Notes: a model not told the origin generated them from the sequence alone. Counted from the first letter of the stretch, positions 27,268 through 37,342 are shown. The stretch is 64,000 nucleotides of DNA from Dehalococcoidia bacterium (GCA_963662615.2 CAXXSR010000001.1:1088001-1152000); one strand, 5' to 3'. Numbers and translations: made by a program.

Positions 27268-28006
27268 CAACCAGGACGGAGTCCGGGAAATCCGCGTTGG
27301 TGTAGACGCGCTGGACGTCGTCCAGATCCTCCAACGCCTCAATCAGGCGCAGCAGCGCCCGCGCTGTGGCCTCCTCCACCGCTACCACGCTCTTCGGGCG
27401 CATCACCACTTCGGCCGACCCAATCGTCGCCCCAGACGCCGCCAGCCGGTCTCGCATCGCCTCCAGATCGGAGGGCGCCGTCACCACTTCAATCAGCTCC
27501 GCATCCGCGTCCACGTCCTCGGCGCCCGCGTCGATCGCCGCCAGCGCGATCTCGCTGCTCTCGGCGCCCGCCTCCACGTCAATGGCAATGACGCCCTTCT
27601 GCTCAAAGACCCAGGCGACGCTCCCGGTTTCGCCCATGCTGCCGCCGGCTTTCGTCAGCGTCGAGCGAATATCCGCCACCGAGCGGTTGCGATTGTCCGT
27701 CAGGGAGTCGATCAGGAGCGCCCCACCACCCGGCCCGTAAGCCTCGTAGAGGATCTCCTCCCAAGTGTTGCCCCCGGCGCTGCTCGTCGCCCGTTTAATG
27801 GCCCGCTGAATCGTCTCCTTGGGCATATTGGCCTGGCGCGCCCGGTTCAGCGCCAGCCGCAGCGTCGCGTTGTCGTCCGCGTTGGGCCCGCCCTGCCGCG
27901 CCGCGACGCTGATCTCTCGCCCGATCTTCGTGAACAGCTTGGACCGGCGTGCGTCCGTGACGCCCTTCTGCCGTTTGATCTGCGACCATTTCGAATGTCC
28001 GGACAT
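27260..28006 (-). CDS. yebC: YebC/PmpR family protein
   Basis: MSGHSKWSQIKRQK, YEAYGPGG, TDNRNR and LEDLDDVQRVY motifs. Confidence 0.96.
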   Translation of the reverse strand: MSGHSKWSQIKRQKGVTDARRSKLFTKIGREISVAARQGGPNADDNATLRLALNRARQANMPKETIQRAIKRATSSAGGNTWEEILYEAYGPGGGALLIDSLTDNRNRSVADIRSTLTKAGGSMGETGSVAWVFEQKGVIAIDVEAGAESSEIALAAIDAGAEDVDADAELIEVVTAPSDLEAMRDRLAASGATIGSAEVVMRPKSVVAVEEATARALLRLIEALEDLDDVQRVYTNADFPDSVLVDA

Positions 28007-28157
28007 CACCGTCCTCCGCAGCCCGGCCGGTCGGCGCGGGCCCATCGTACCACCAGCGTCCGGCCGCCCTCGCGGGGCCACGGCGCGGCGCTGCTCGGTC
28101 GTGAACGCGCCCCCCGTCCGCTAACGCGCTCTCTACCGCGAACGCGCTCCTCTGCCA

Positions 28158-28916
28158 CTAACCCAACAGCAGTTGACGCGCCTCGTCCAGCGCGTGGAAG
28201 GCGGTCAGGTCCGTGTCCAGCGGCGTCACCGACACCAGCCCGTGCCCCACCGCCCACACGTCCGTGCCCTCCGGGAGGTTCGCCTGCGCGACGTATTCCA
28301 GCCGCCGCTGGATCATCCCCTCCGGCGTCACCTCGTCCAGCAGCCGCTCCACACTGCGCGACGCCAGCGTCGTCACGCGCGTCGTCGCCAGCTCCTCGGG
28401 CGGCCGTGGCGGCACGTTCACGTTGAGAAAGAGCGCCCGTCCCGACGCCAGCAACGCCCCCGCGATTCGCGCCCCCACCGCCGCCGCCGCTCCCAAATAC
28501 GTCGGCTCCGACGACGCCAGCGACACCGCCAGCGACGGCAGCCCCCGGTGGAACCCCTGCATGGCGGCGCCCACGGTCCCGGAGTGGATCACGTCCGCTC
28601 CCAAGTTGGGGCCCGGATTGACCCCGGAGACCACCATGTCCACCGGCCGCGGCGCATGCTGGCGCAGCCCAACGATCACCGCGTCCGTGGGCGTGCCGCT
28701 CACCTGCCACGCGGCCACCCCGTCCACGAGGCTGGGGGCCCGCTCCGACTGCAGCTCTTGGTGGAGTGTGAAGGCCGTGCCGCTGCCCGACTGCTGGAGC
28801 GCCGGCGCGGCCACCATGACCTCGCCCAGCGGCAGCAGGGCCTGCACCAGCAGCCGCAGGCCCTCCGCATCAATCCCGTCGTCGTTGGTCACCAGGATGA
28901 GGGGCGGTGGGCTCAC
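28158..28916 (-). CDS. surE: 5'/3'-nucleotidase SurE
   Basis: LVTNDDG, GTPTD, SGVNPGPNLG and SGTVGAA motifs. Confidence 0.95.
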   Translation of the reverse strand: MSPPPLILVTNDDGIDAEGLRLLVQALLPLGEVMVAAPALQQSGSGTAFTLHQELQSERAPSLVDGVAAWQVSGTPTDAVIVGLRQHAPRPVDMVVSGVNPGPNLGADVIHSGTVGAAMQGFHRGLPSLAVSLASSEPTYLGAAAAVGARIAGALLASGRALFLNVNVPPRPPEELATTRVTTLASRSVERLLDEVTPEGMIQRRLEYVAQANLPEGTDVWAVGHGLVSVTPLDTDLTAFHALDEARQLLLG

Positions 28917-28941
28917 GCCTCGATAATGGCCCCCAGCGCCT

Positions 28942-29838
28942 TCAGGCGGAAGAGCGCAGCGCCCGCGGCAGCGCCTCCTGGCTGAGGCCGCTCGGGTCGG
29001 GCAGCCCCAACCAGCGATTGTCGATCAGCCGCGTCGAGCCGACTTGCGCCGCCACCGCCAGCAGCGCCATCTCGTCCACCTCGTCCAGCTCCTCCAGCGT
29101 ATCGATCGACGCGCAGGCAACGTAGCCGGTCTGGAGCGCCGCCTCCCCTTCCAGCACCTCCCGCACCGCCCCCCGCAGCGCATCCCCGCGGCGCTCGCCT
29201 TGGGCGAAGAGCGTCGCTCCGGCCTCCAAACCTCGAGGGATCGCGCCGGCCGATGACCGCTCCTCCGCCGTCAGGTTCCGATTGCGACTGCTCAGCGCCA
29301 GGCCGTCGGCCTCCCGCACGGTCGGCACGGGCACCACGGTGGTGGGAATCGCCAGGTCGCGCACCAGCTTCGCCAGCACCAGCAGTTGCTGGGCGTCCTT
29401 CATCCCGAAGTAGGTCCGCTCCGCCTGCGCTATCTGCATCAGCTTGACCACGACGGTGGTCACGCCGCGAAAGTGCCCCGGCCGGCTCGACCCCTCCAGC
29501 CGCTCTGCCAGCGAGCCGCCCACCTCCACCGACGTCGAGAACCCTTCCGGATACATCATGGCGCCGGTCGGCAGGAAGACCGCACGCACCCCCAGATCGG
29601 CCAGGAGGCGCGCGTCACCTTCAAGGTCGCGCGGGTACTGCTCGAAGTCCTCGTGCGGGCCGAATTGCAGCGGGTTGACGAAGATCGAGACGATCACCCG
29701 GTCGCTCTCGGCAGCGGCCCGACGCACCAACGCCAGGTGGCCGTCGTGCAGCGCGCCCATCGTCGGCACGAAGCCCACGCTGCCCGTATCGGCCGCCCGC
29801 CACGCCCGCACCGCCGCGATCGTCGCCAAGCGCTCCAC
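28942..29838 (-). CDS. panC: Pantoate--beta-alanine ligase
   Basis: VPTMGALHDGH, FVNPLQF, RPGHFRGV, KDAQQ and ALSSRN motifs. Confidence 0.97.
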   Translation of the reverse strand: MERLATIAAVRAWRAADTGSVGFVPTMGALHDGHLALVRRAAAESDRVIVSIFVNPLQFGPHEDFEQYPRDLEGDARLLADLGVRAVFLPTGAMMYPEGFSTSVEVGGSLAERLEGSSRPGHFRGVTTVVVKLMQIAQAERTYFGMKDAQQLLVLAKLVRDLAIPTTVVPVPTVREADGLALSSRNRNLTAEERSSAGAIPRGLEAGATLFAQGERRGDALRGAVREVLEGEAALQTGYVACASIDTLEELDEVDEMALLAVAAQVGSTRLIDNRWLGLPDPSGLSQEALPRALRSSA

Positions 29839-29871
29839 GGCTACCGTCTCCGAACAAAGAGCGAAACGGCC

Positions 29872-30735
29872 TCAGGGCGCCGTCGCGTTGATCTCGTCAA
29901 TCAGTCGCGCCAGCACGTCGCCCGCCTTCGCCTCCACCCCCACCGACTGCGCCGCTGTGGGGAACTCGCCCCGCCGCACCGCGTGGAGGTAGTTCTCCAG
30001 CCCGTGCCGGACCTGCGGCCCCAGCTTGGCAAAGTGCCGGCTGTGCCGCGGCAGGAACTCCTCCAGCAGCCCCAGGATATCGTGCCAGACCTGGATCTCG
30101 GCGTCGCACTCGCGGCCGGCCCCAATGCCGATGGTCGGGATGCGCAGCGCCCGGCTGACCTCGCCGGCCAGCGGCGCCGGAATCAGCTCCAGCACGATGG
30201 CGAAGCAACCCGCGGCCTCCAGCGCCGTGGCGTCTTCCCGTAGCCGCGCCGCGTCGGCCTGGGACTTGCCCTGCACCTTGTGGCCGCCGAACTGCCGCAC
30301 CGACTGCGGCGTCAGGCCCAGATGGCCCATCACGGGAATGCCGCTGGCCACCATCCGCTCGACCGCCGGCACCACGCGGGCGCCGCCCTCCAGCTTCACC
30401 GCCGTCGCGCCGCCCTCTTGCATCAACCGCGCCGCGTTGCGCAGCGCCTCGTCGTCGGAGACCTGGTACGACCCGAACGGCATGTCCGCCACCACAATGG
30501 TCCGCACCGTGCCCCGCACCACCGGCTTCGTGTGGTGCAGGATCTCCTCCAGCGTCACCGGGATGGTGGAGTCGTAGCCCAGCAGCGCCGTCCCCAGCGA
30601 GTCGCCCACCAACACGGCCGGAAACCCCACCGACTCGGCCAGCCGCGCGCTGGGGTGGTCGTAGCACGTCACCATCGCGAAGCGTTCGCCCCGCTCCTTC
30701 ATCGCCCGCAGGCTGTGCACCGATTGACGTCCCAT
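29872..30735 (-). CDS. panB: 3-methyl-2-oxobutanoate hydroxymethyltransferase
   Basis: TCYD, LVGDS, DMPFGSY, VKLEGG and GHLGLTPQ motifs. Confidence 0.97.
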   Translation of the reverse strand: MGRQSVHSLRAMKERGERFAMVTCYDHPSARLAESVGFPAVLVGDSLGTALLGYDSTIPVTLEEILHHTKPVVRGTVRTIVVADMPFGSYQVSDDEALRNAARLMQEGGATAVKLEGGARVVPAVERMVASGIPVMGHLGLTPQSVRQFGGHKVQGKSQADAARLREDATALEAAGCFAIVLELIPAPLAGEVSRALRIPTIGIGAGRECDAEIQVWHDILGLLEEFLPRHSRHFAKLGPQVRHGLENYLHAVRRGEFPTAAQSVGVEAKAGDVLARLIDEINATAP

Positions 30736-30774
30736 CGTGCCCGTCTCCCTCCGCCGGAATCTCCAGGCGCCCGG

Positions 30775-30804
30775 AACGTAACGACCCCCGGATCACCCTG
30801 TCAA
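30775..30804 (-). promoter_or_regulatory. Putative panBC promoter
   Basis: TTGACA-18 nt-TACGTT upstream of the panB SD. Confidence 0.55.
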
Positions 30805-30840
30805 TGCGACCGCCTGCCCAGCGGCGCGCAAGGCAACGAT

Positions 30841-31066
30841 CCGCTCACCCTGACCTGTCCTTCGCGCAGCGAAGGAGCCTGTCGAAGGGCGAACACGGGC
30901 GCCGACATCGTCCCGATCACCAAGCCCCAGCGCGACCAAGTCCGTTCCCGGACGCCGCGATCGTCCTGATCATCAAGCCCCCGCGCGAGCGATGCGGTCA
31001 CGAACGCCGCCGTGGTCCAGACGGGCCGCGAGCGCGGGCGAAAAAGTCGAACCGCGAACACGAACG
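30841..31066 (+). repeat. Composite REP-like element, copy 1
   Basis: CCGCTCACCCTGA..GCCTGTCGAAGGGCGAAC plus GGCGCCGACATCGTCC plus CGCGAGCGCGGGCGAAAAA modules. Confidence 0.8.
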
Positions 31067-31199
31067 CTGGCGCCGAGTGCCGCCGCCCTTGGCGCCGCCA
31101 CTCCTGTTGCTAGGGCTTTAATACCGACTGCGCGGATCGCGCAGTGATAGCGCGATGCGACTCTTCCGTTCCTCGACCTCCAGATGCCGAGTGGCATTG

Positions 31200-32266
31200 G
31201 CGCTCGAGCCCGGGTCGTGAGATGAATCGATACGAACGAGCTGGTTCAGTGTCTCCTCAAATAGCTTGTGGAGGTCGATCAGGCGCTGAGCGTCCTTGAT
31301 CGTACCCACCTCTTCGAAGTAGAGGCTACTGGGACTCTTGATTTCGAGACGGTGGCCGTCGTGTGGAGGGCACACCGAACCAGCTGGCGGAGATCGGCGC
31401 TCGAAAAGAGCCGCCGAACGCTCTCCTCGTCGCTGCCCTTGACGATGAACTGATGATCGAACTCCGAGTCGCCCGTCTCGATGTCCTGCGCCCCGAGCCA
31501 TCGCCATCAACCGGCGGAATGAACCGCCGCTCGGCACACCTTGAAGCGAAACCGACGCCCGCCCTGGTACTGTGCCTCCATCCGTGTGTAGGTATTGTAG
31601 TCTTCCTGACCTGCCCTTCGTCGGGATCATCGTAGCCGCATTGACGCCGACGGCTTGGACCTTGACCAACACCTCATCGTCCCCAACCGTCGGTTCTGGG
31701 ATCTCTTCGAGCTTCAGAACATCGGGCGAACCATATTTGTGGCGGACGATTGCTTTCATCGTGTCGCCCGTCCAATGTGCAGGGCTCGCCCGTCCCTGAC
31801 TTAGCCGGCGGTCCGCGCCTCACACGATGCGAGCGTGTCCCTCTGCCAGATAACGGATGGCCTCGGCGACACCTTTCCGGCTTCGATGAACTCTTTCAAG
31901 ACAACCAGGGGGTCTGTGGTTTCCTTCGAAATGCGGCGCGGGCCCGGCAGCTGGCTCACGAACGGTGACAACACGAGCATTTTGAAAAAGCGACCCAGGC
32001 TTTTTCCGACCGTGTCCGATGAGGACGTACGTCCCCTTCGGGGTGGAGGTCTGACAACGAATGGTTCCCAGGAATATCGAGGATGAGATCGTAGCGCTCG
32101 CCACTTTGGGTGAAGTCCTCTTGGGTGTAATCAATACCGGGACGACGACCTTCTCTTTGACGTACTTGAAGATCCACCAACCAGTCTCCTCCGACGCGAC
32201 GCGCCCACCGACATCTTGGGCGAAGCGGCGCCAAGCTTGGTCGAGGCTCACTGCGGCACCCTCCAC
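31200..32266 (-). pseudogene. Mosaic pseudogene: a hypothetical protein split by fragments of NAD(P)-dependent MDR-family (alcohol dehydrogenase-like) genes
   Basis: MKAIVRHKYGSPDVL (from 31759) and IDYTQEDF...YDLILD...EAIRYLAEGHAR (32135-31820). Flanking frameshifted pieces read TYTRM...QDIETGDSEFD...LFEETLNQL. Confidence 0.75.
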
Positions 32267-32299
32267 GAGCGCTGACGCATGTTATCAGCATCGGCGCGT

Positions 32300-32390
32300 G
32301 CGGCGGGCCCGCCGCCCTGGCCCAAACGAACCGCGAGCGCGGCCGAAAAACCCGTTCGTCCTGAGCCTGTCGAAGGGCGAACACGGAACC
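32300..32390 (+). repeat. Composite REP-like element, copy 2
   Basis: CGCGAGCGCGGCCGAAAAA followed by CCGTTCGTCCTGAGCCTGTCGAAGGGCGAAC. Confidence 0.8.
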
Positions 32391-32412
32391 GAGGATTGAG
32401 CCCCCGCGGCTC

Positions 32413-33447
32413 CTAACCCCCCCACTCCCCCACCGACGGCACCCCCGCCAACCCCACCGCTTCCCGCACCGCCCCCACGATCGCCCGACTCACGCACGTA
32501 GCGGCCATGCTCCCCAGCAACGCCATCAACCCCGGCACCGCCCCGGCCTCCAGATCCATCCGCCCCGTCGCCAGCGCGAAGACGGCGTCGCCGTCGCCGG
32601 GTGTGTGCGCCGGTCGCACCGCCAGCGCGATGCCGTCATTGGCCATGATCGCCAGGCGGGTGGCCTCGGCCTTGTCCAGGCGCGCGTTGGTCGCGACCAC
32701 CGCCAGCGTCGTGTTCGTCAGCGGGTCGGCCGGCGACGCGAACGTCCGCCACCCCCCCTCCGCCTCGGCCAGGTAGTCCTGCAACGGCCGCTCCAGCAGT
32801 AGATCGGCGGCCCGCCCCATCTCCCCCCGCCGCTTCCCCCGTGGCCCCGCGACCAACGCTCCGCTCTCGACGTCGTAGATGTCGCCCAGCGAGTTCACCG
32901 CCACGATCGCTCCCACCACCAACCCGGAGCTGTGCGCCATCGACGCCGTCCCCACGCCACCCTTGAGGGCGTGCTCCATCCCGTCGAGCTTGGCGACCGT
33001 GCAGCCGGTGCCGACGCCGACGCTGCCCTGCTCCACCTTGCCGCTCGTTGCCCGCTCCGCCGCCCGCCTCCCGCTCTCCGCCGTCGGGTACGCGTCGGCC
33101 GCGCCAACGCCCAGGTCGAACACCACCGCTCCGCTCACGATCGGCACCGGCGGCACGCCCCCCCGGACCCGATACCCGTATCCCCGCTCGAGCAGCAGGC
33201 CCCGGATCCCCGCCGCCGCGTCCAGCCCGAAGGCGCTCCCCCCCGTGAGGAGAACGGCGTTCAGCCCCGGCACCGTATTTTCCGGGCGCAATAGGTCCGT
33301 GTTCAGCGTGCCGGGCGCGCCGCCGGCCACGTGCACTCCCGCCGACGCGCCCTCCTCCGCCAACACCACCGTGCAGCCGGTGGCCCGCCGACGGTCGCTC
33401 CAGTGCCCCACTTTGATTCCGGGAACGTCGGTGATCGCGTCCCGCAT
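32413..33447 (-). CDS. P1 family peptidase (DmpA/S58-like)
   Basis: AITDVPGIKVGH, TGCTV, GGAPGT, GGSAFGL, NTT and DGDAVF motifs. Confidence 0.92.
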   Translation of the reverse strand: MRDAITDVPGIKVGHWSDRRRATGCTVVLAEEGASAGVHVAGGAPGTLNTDLLRPENTVPGLNAVLLTGGSAFGLDAAAGIRGLLLERGYGYRVRGGVPPVPIVSGAVVFDLGVGAADAYPTAESGRRAAERATSGKVEQGSVGVGTGCTVAKLDGMEHALKGGVGTASMAHSSGLVVGAIVAVNSLGDIYDVESGALVAGPRGKRRGEMGRAADLLLERPLQDYLAEAEGGWRTFASPADPLTNTTLAVVATNARLDKAEATRLAIMANDGIALAVRPAHTPGDGDAVFALATGRMDLEAGAVPGLMALLGSMAATCVSRAIVGAVREAVGLAGVPSVGEWGG

Positions 33448-33453
33448 CGGCGA

Positions 33454-34280
33454 CTATTTTCGCGCCGGCGCCGGGTCCAGCGCCCACAGGTTCAGCGTGC
33501 CGGGCGCGCCGCCGGCCCGTAGCCTCCCGATACGTCGATCACTTCTCCGGTCACGAATCGCGCCGCCTCCGACAGCAGGTAGACCACGGCCCCCGCCACC
33601 TCCTCCGGCTGCCCCCATCGACGCAGCGCCGCGTGGTTCTCCGTCTTGCTCGCGTACCAGGCCGGGATCTCGCCTGTGAACTCCGTCGCCATCCACCCCG
33701 GCGCGACGCAGTTGACCCGGATCGGCGCCGTCAGGGCGAAGCCCCACTCCGCCGCCATCGTCTTCGACATCGCCTCCACCGCCGCCCGGCTCATCGCGTA
33801 GGCGCTCAGCCGCGGCAGTCCGAACCGCGCCGCCGTCGACGAGATCGTCACCACCGATCCCCCCACCTCGCGCTCGATCCAGCGCTTGGCGACCGCCTGC
33901 GTCAAGAAGAAGGTGCCCCGTTGATTCACCTGTTGAATGGCGTCGAAGTGCTCCGGGGTGAGCTGGTCCGCCCGTGCGAAGCTGGGGCTCACCCCCGCGA
34001 CGTTGACCAGCCCGCGCAGCTCGCCGCAGGCCGCCTCCACCTCGTCCAGGAAGGCGTCGTGCCGCTCAATGGCGCCCACGTCGATCCGAAACGCCTGCGC
34101 CTGGCCTCCGGCCGCGCGAATGGCCTCCGCCCCCGCCTCCACCTGCGACTGTGTCCGCGCCGCCAGCGCCACTGTGCCGCCGCACTGCGCGATCAGCTTG
34201 GCGCACGCCAGCCCCATGCCCCGGCCCGCGCCGCTGACCAGCACCACCTGCCCTTCCAGCGAGAACGGATTCTCCGCCAC
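33454..34280 (-). CDS. SDR family oxidoreductase; as assembled it stops at 33492 because of a 26-28 nt insertion
   Basis: SGAGRGMG, NVAG, YAMSR, RVNCVAPG and TGEVIDVSGGY motifs. Confidence 0.88.
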
Positions 34281-34349
34281 TGCGCTCTCCCGCCGCCCCA
34301 AGCTCCGTGGCAGTCTGCTCGGTCGAACAGTAGGGGGCAAGCGAGGCGG

Positions 34350-34964
34350 CTAGGCGGACTCCGGCACCCGTGCGCGGATCACGCGGTAGGGCACCAGTCG
34401 CGGTGTGCCGAGCACGTCCGCCACGCTCTGCACCTCGAAGCCGGCCTCCGCGACCGCCGCCACCGTGTCCCGATTCAGATGGCAGCCGTCCGCCAGCCGG
34501 CGCCAGACCGGCGTCAGCCCGTTCTGGATGCGCTGCGCCCGATGCCCATCAGCACGCACATGTTCCAGCAGTCGCAGGCTCCCGCCGGGCTTCGTCACGC
34601 GCCTAAGCTCGCCCAGCCCTCGCGCCGGGTCCGCCACGCTGCAAAACACCAGGGTGGCCACCGCGTGATCGAACTGCTCGTCCGCGAACGGCAACCGCTC
34701 CACGTCCGCGGCCTGGACCGTGATCGTCGCGACGGCCTCAGCCGCCCGCCGACGCGCCCGCCGCAGCATGTGTTCGTTGGAGTCGATCGCCGTCACCCGC
34801 GCGCCGGCCGCGTAGAGGTCGAACGTCGTGCCGGGCCCCGCGCCAATCTCCAGGACCTCTCCGCTCAGGTCCGCAACCAGTTCGCGCCGCGCCTCCCGTG
34901 CGCTCTTCGGCTCCAGCCGCAGCGCGACGTTCGAGTAGACCGCGGCGAAGAGCCTGGATCCCAT
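34350..34964 (-). CDS. Class I SAM-dependent methyltransferase
   Basis: VLEIGAGPG, LPFADEQFD, FCSV, KPGG and GCHLNR motifs. Confidence 0.92.
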   Translation of the reverse strand: MGSRLFAAVYSNVALRLEPKSAREARRELVADLSGEVLEIGAGPGTTFDLYAAGARVTAIDSNEHMLRRARRRAAEAVATITVQAADVERLPFADEQFDHAVATLVFCSVADPARGLGELRRVTKPGGSLRLLEHVRADGHRAQRIQNGLTPVWRRLADGCHLNRDTVAAVAEAGFEVQSVADVLGTPRLVPYRVIRARVPESA

Positions 34965-34992
34965 GCGCCCTCCTCACCCCCACCGACGGCCG

Positions 34993-35877
34993 CTACGACT
35001 GCGACGCGCCTGCCCCCGCCACCTCCCGCACGTGCAGGTACAGCCAGATCATGTCCCGCGTCGCGCACGTGATCCGGTCAATCGCGTCCACGAACGACTG
35101 CAACTGGCGCTCTTGGATCGCCAGCGGATACGCCGCCAGCACCCGACGCTTCTGCTCCAGCACCAGCAGCGCCACCTGATCCGGCTGCATCCGACGGTCC
35201 GGCAGCCAGTCCAATTTATGCGTCAGCGTCTTCGACCGCTGCAGCCCGCTCGCGATCTGCAGCAGCGCGCCCTGCTCCACCCGCGTCAGCCGCTCCAGCC
35301 CCGTCACCACCGACTCCACCGCCGTCCGCATCTGCTTGTAGTCCCGACGCTTCACCTCGCCTCGCGCCCCCTCCACGTCGCGCAGCGTCGGCAGGCCCAG
35401 CTCCCGCATGATCTCGTCGTCGCTGCGACCATGTGTGAGCACGCGGAAGTCGGTCATGGAGCGGACGTTCAGCTCAAAGCCCAGGAACGTGTCCAGCACC
35501 GGCGCCTCCTGCCGACGCCGCAGCGCCAGGTAGAGGCCAATCAACTCCGCGGCCGCGTTGAGGTACTCCTCCACGACCCGCATCCCCATCACCTTGCGGT
35601 CGTCCGGGTCCGCCAGCGCCAGCGCCCGCAGCAGCGCCTCCGCCACCGTGCGATGCGCCTTCGCCCCAAAGCGCGCGTAGTTCTCCAGGAACGGCGTCTC
35701 CAGCCCGTGCAGATAGGCCGCGAAGCACGACGCGCACAGCGCCGTCGACGCCTCCACCGTCGACAGGTCGAACGGCTGCCCGCAGTCCCGGCACAGCGCC
35801 ATCGCCAGCGCCGACGGCCCCCCGGCGCCGTCCCCTGCCGCGACCGGCTCGCGCCCGTGCGTCGCCGGATCTGCCAT
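34993..35877 (-). CDS. Hypothetical protein with an N-terminal CxxC...CxxC
   Basis: Host-like codon usage, helical protein-like composition, CRDC...CASC. Confidence 0.75.
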   Translation of the reverse strand: MADPATHGREPVAAGDGAGGPSALAMALCRDCGQPFDLSTVEASTALCASCFAAYLHGLETPFLENYARFGAKAHRTVAEALLRALALADPDDRKVMGMRVVEEYLNAAAELIGLYLALRRRQEAPVLDTFLGFELNVRSMTDFRVLTHGRSDDEIMRELGLPTLRDVEGARGEVKRRDYKQMRTAVESVVTGLERLTRVEQGALLQIASGLQRSKTLTHKLDWLPDRRMQPDQVALLVLEQKRRVLAAYPLAIQERQLQSFVDAIDRITCATRDMIWLYLHVREVAGAGASQS

Positions 35878-35958
35878 CGCCGCCTCTCCCTGCACCGCCG
35901 CTACCTCGCCGGCCACCAGCCTACCAGCGCGACGCGCCCCTCGCCCGCCGCCCTGCCG

Positions 35959-36190
35959 CCCGCTCACCCTGAGCACCTCCTGATCCGTTCGCCCTGAGCT
36001 TGTCGAATGGGCGAACGGCCCAACAACAAGCAGCGCAGCCGCTCACACGCCCATCCCTCGGCGCGAGCGATCACGAACACCGCGCTGACCCAGACGACCC
36101 GCGAGCGCGGGCGAAAAAACCGCTCGCACCCCCATCGCCCGGCGCGAGCCGTCCCCAGCCGACAATCACTCCGCAGCCGGCCGCGAGCGC
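35959..36190 (+). repeat. Composite REP-like element, copy 3 (runs into the mutM 3' end)
   Basis: CCGTTCGCCCTGAGCTTGTCGAATGGGCGAACGG and GCGCGAGCGATCACGAAC...CGCGAGCGCGGGCGAAAAAA. Confidence 0.78.
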
Positions 36191-37038
36191 TTACTGAAAA
36201 CTCTCCGCCCCGCCTGCCGCGCCGGCTGGCAGCGCGGGCACCAGTGCGACCCCCGGCCCCCCACCACCGTCCGCCGGATCGGCGACCCGCACACGTCGCA
36301 CGGCTCGTCCGTCCGGCGGAACACCTTCACGAAGAACTGCTGCCGCCCCTTCCGGCCGTCGGCGTCGGTGTAATCCCGGAATGACGCCCCCCGATGTCGG
36401 ATCCCCTCCCGCAGCACCTCTTCCACGGCCGCATGCAGAGCCCGCCGCTCCGCCGGTCGCAACGACCCCGCCGGCGCCAACGGATGCAGGCGCGCCAGGA
36501 ACAGCGCCTCGTCCGTGTAGATGTTCCCCAGCCCCGCGATCAGCTCCTGATTGAGCAAGATCGATTTCACCGGCGCCTGCCGGCCTCGCAGCGCCTCCCA
36601 CAGCGCCTCGACGGTGAACGCGGGGGTCAACGGCTCCGGGCCCAGCTTGCCGGCCACCTCCTCGACGCCGTCCACGACCGCGAACGTGCCGAACTTGCGC
36701 ACGTCCACGAAACGGAGATCCGCGCCGTCGTCCAGGGAGACCGCGGCGCGCAGGAACGGGTCGGCCGGCGCATCCGCGCGGCGATGCCGCAGCGACCCCG
36801 TCATGCGCAGGTGCACGACCCACGCCGATCCGTCATCGAGGTGGAAGAAGAGGTACTTGCCCCGCCGCCCCACGCCGTCGATGCGCCGCCCTACCAGCCG
36901 GCGGCGGAGCGCTTGCTTGGAGACCCCCTGCAGCAGCCGCTCGCCCCCCGGCTCCACGCGGAACGCCCGAATCCGCCGTCCCACCACCCGCGATTCCAGG
37001 TCCCGCCGCAGCGTCTCGACCTCCGGCAGCTCCGGCAT
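36166..37038 (-). CDS. mutM: Formamidopyrimidine-DNA glycosylase
   Basis: MPELPEVE, RRGKY, HLRMTG, GLGNIY and the C-terminal zinc finger. Confidence 0.97.
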   Translation of the reverse strand: MPELPEVETLRRDLESRVVGRRIRAFRVEPGGERLLQGVSKQALRRRLVGRRIDGVGRRGKYLFFHLDDGSAWVVHLRMTGSLRHRRADAPADPFLRAAVSLDDGADLRFVDVRKFGTFAVVDGVEEVAGKLGPEPLTPAFTVEALWEALRGRQAPVKSILLNQELIAGLGNIYTDEALFLARLHPLAPAGSLRPAERRALHAAVEEVLREGIRHRGASFRDYTDADGRKGRQQFFVKVFRRTDEPCDVCGSPIRRTVVGGRGSHWCPRCQPARQAGRRVFSKRSRPAAE

Positions 37039-37053
37039 ATCCGCATCCTAAGG

Positions 37054-37280
37054 CCGCTCATTCGGAGCTTGTCGAACGGCGCCGACATCGTCCCGATCAT
37101 CGACCCCCGGCGCGAGCGGTCACGAACGCCGCGCTGGCCCAGACGAGTCGCGAGCGCGGGCGAAAAAGTCGAAGGGCGAACGGCTCTCCACCCCCTCTCC
37201 ATCGCTCTGTGATGGAGAGGGGGGCGGGGGGTGAGGTCCCCTCGTTCGTCCTGAGCTTGCCGAAGGGGCGAACGGCGAAC
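37054..37280 (+). repeat. Composite REP-like element, copy 4, with an extra CCCCCTCTCC...GGAGAGGGGG hairpin module
   Basis: Same modules as the other copies plus a palindrome at about 37191-37223. Confidence 0.8.
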
Positions 37281-37342
37281 CCCCGCCTCCACTTAGCGAG
37301 GAGGACGGTGTGACACTGCGAGCCTGCAATGTGCGGGGTCGC

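Noticed and set aside
31118-31759. Intact 213-aa alcohol dehydrogenase
   Set aside because: Only the first ~42 residues are MDR-like; the rest is an accidental fusion through frameshifted fragments.
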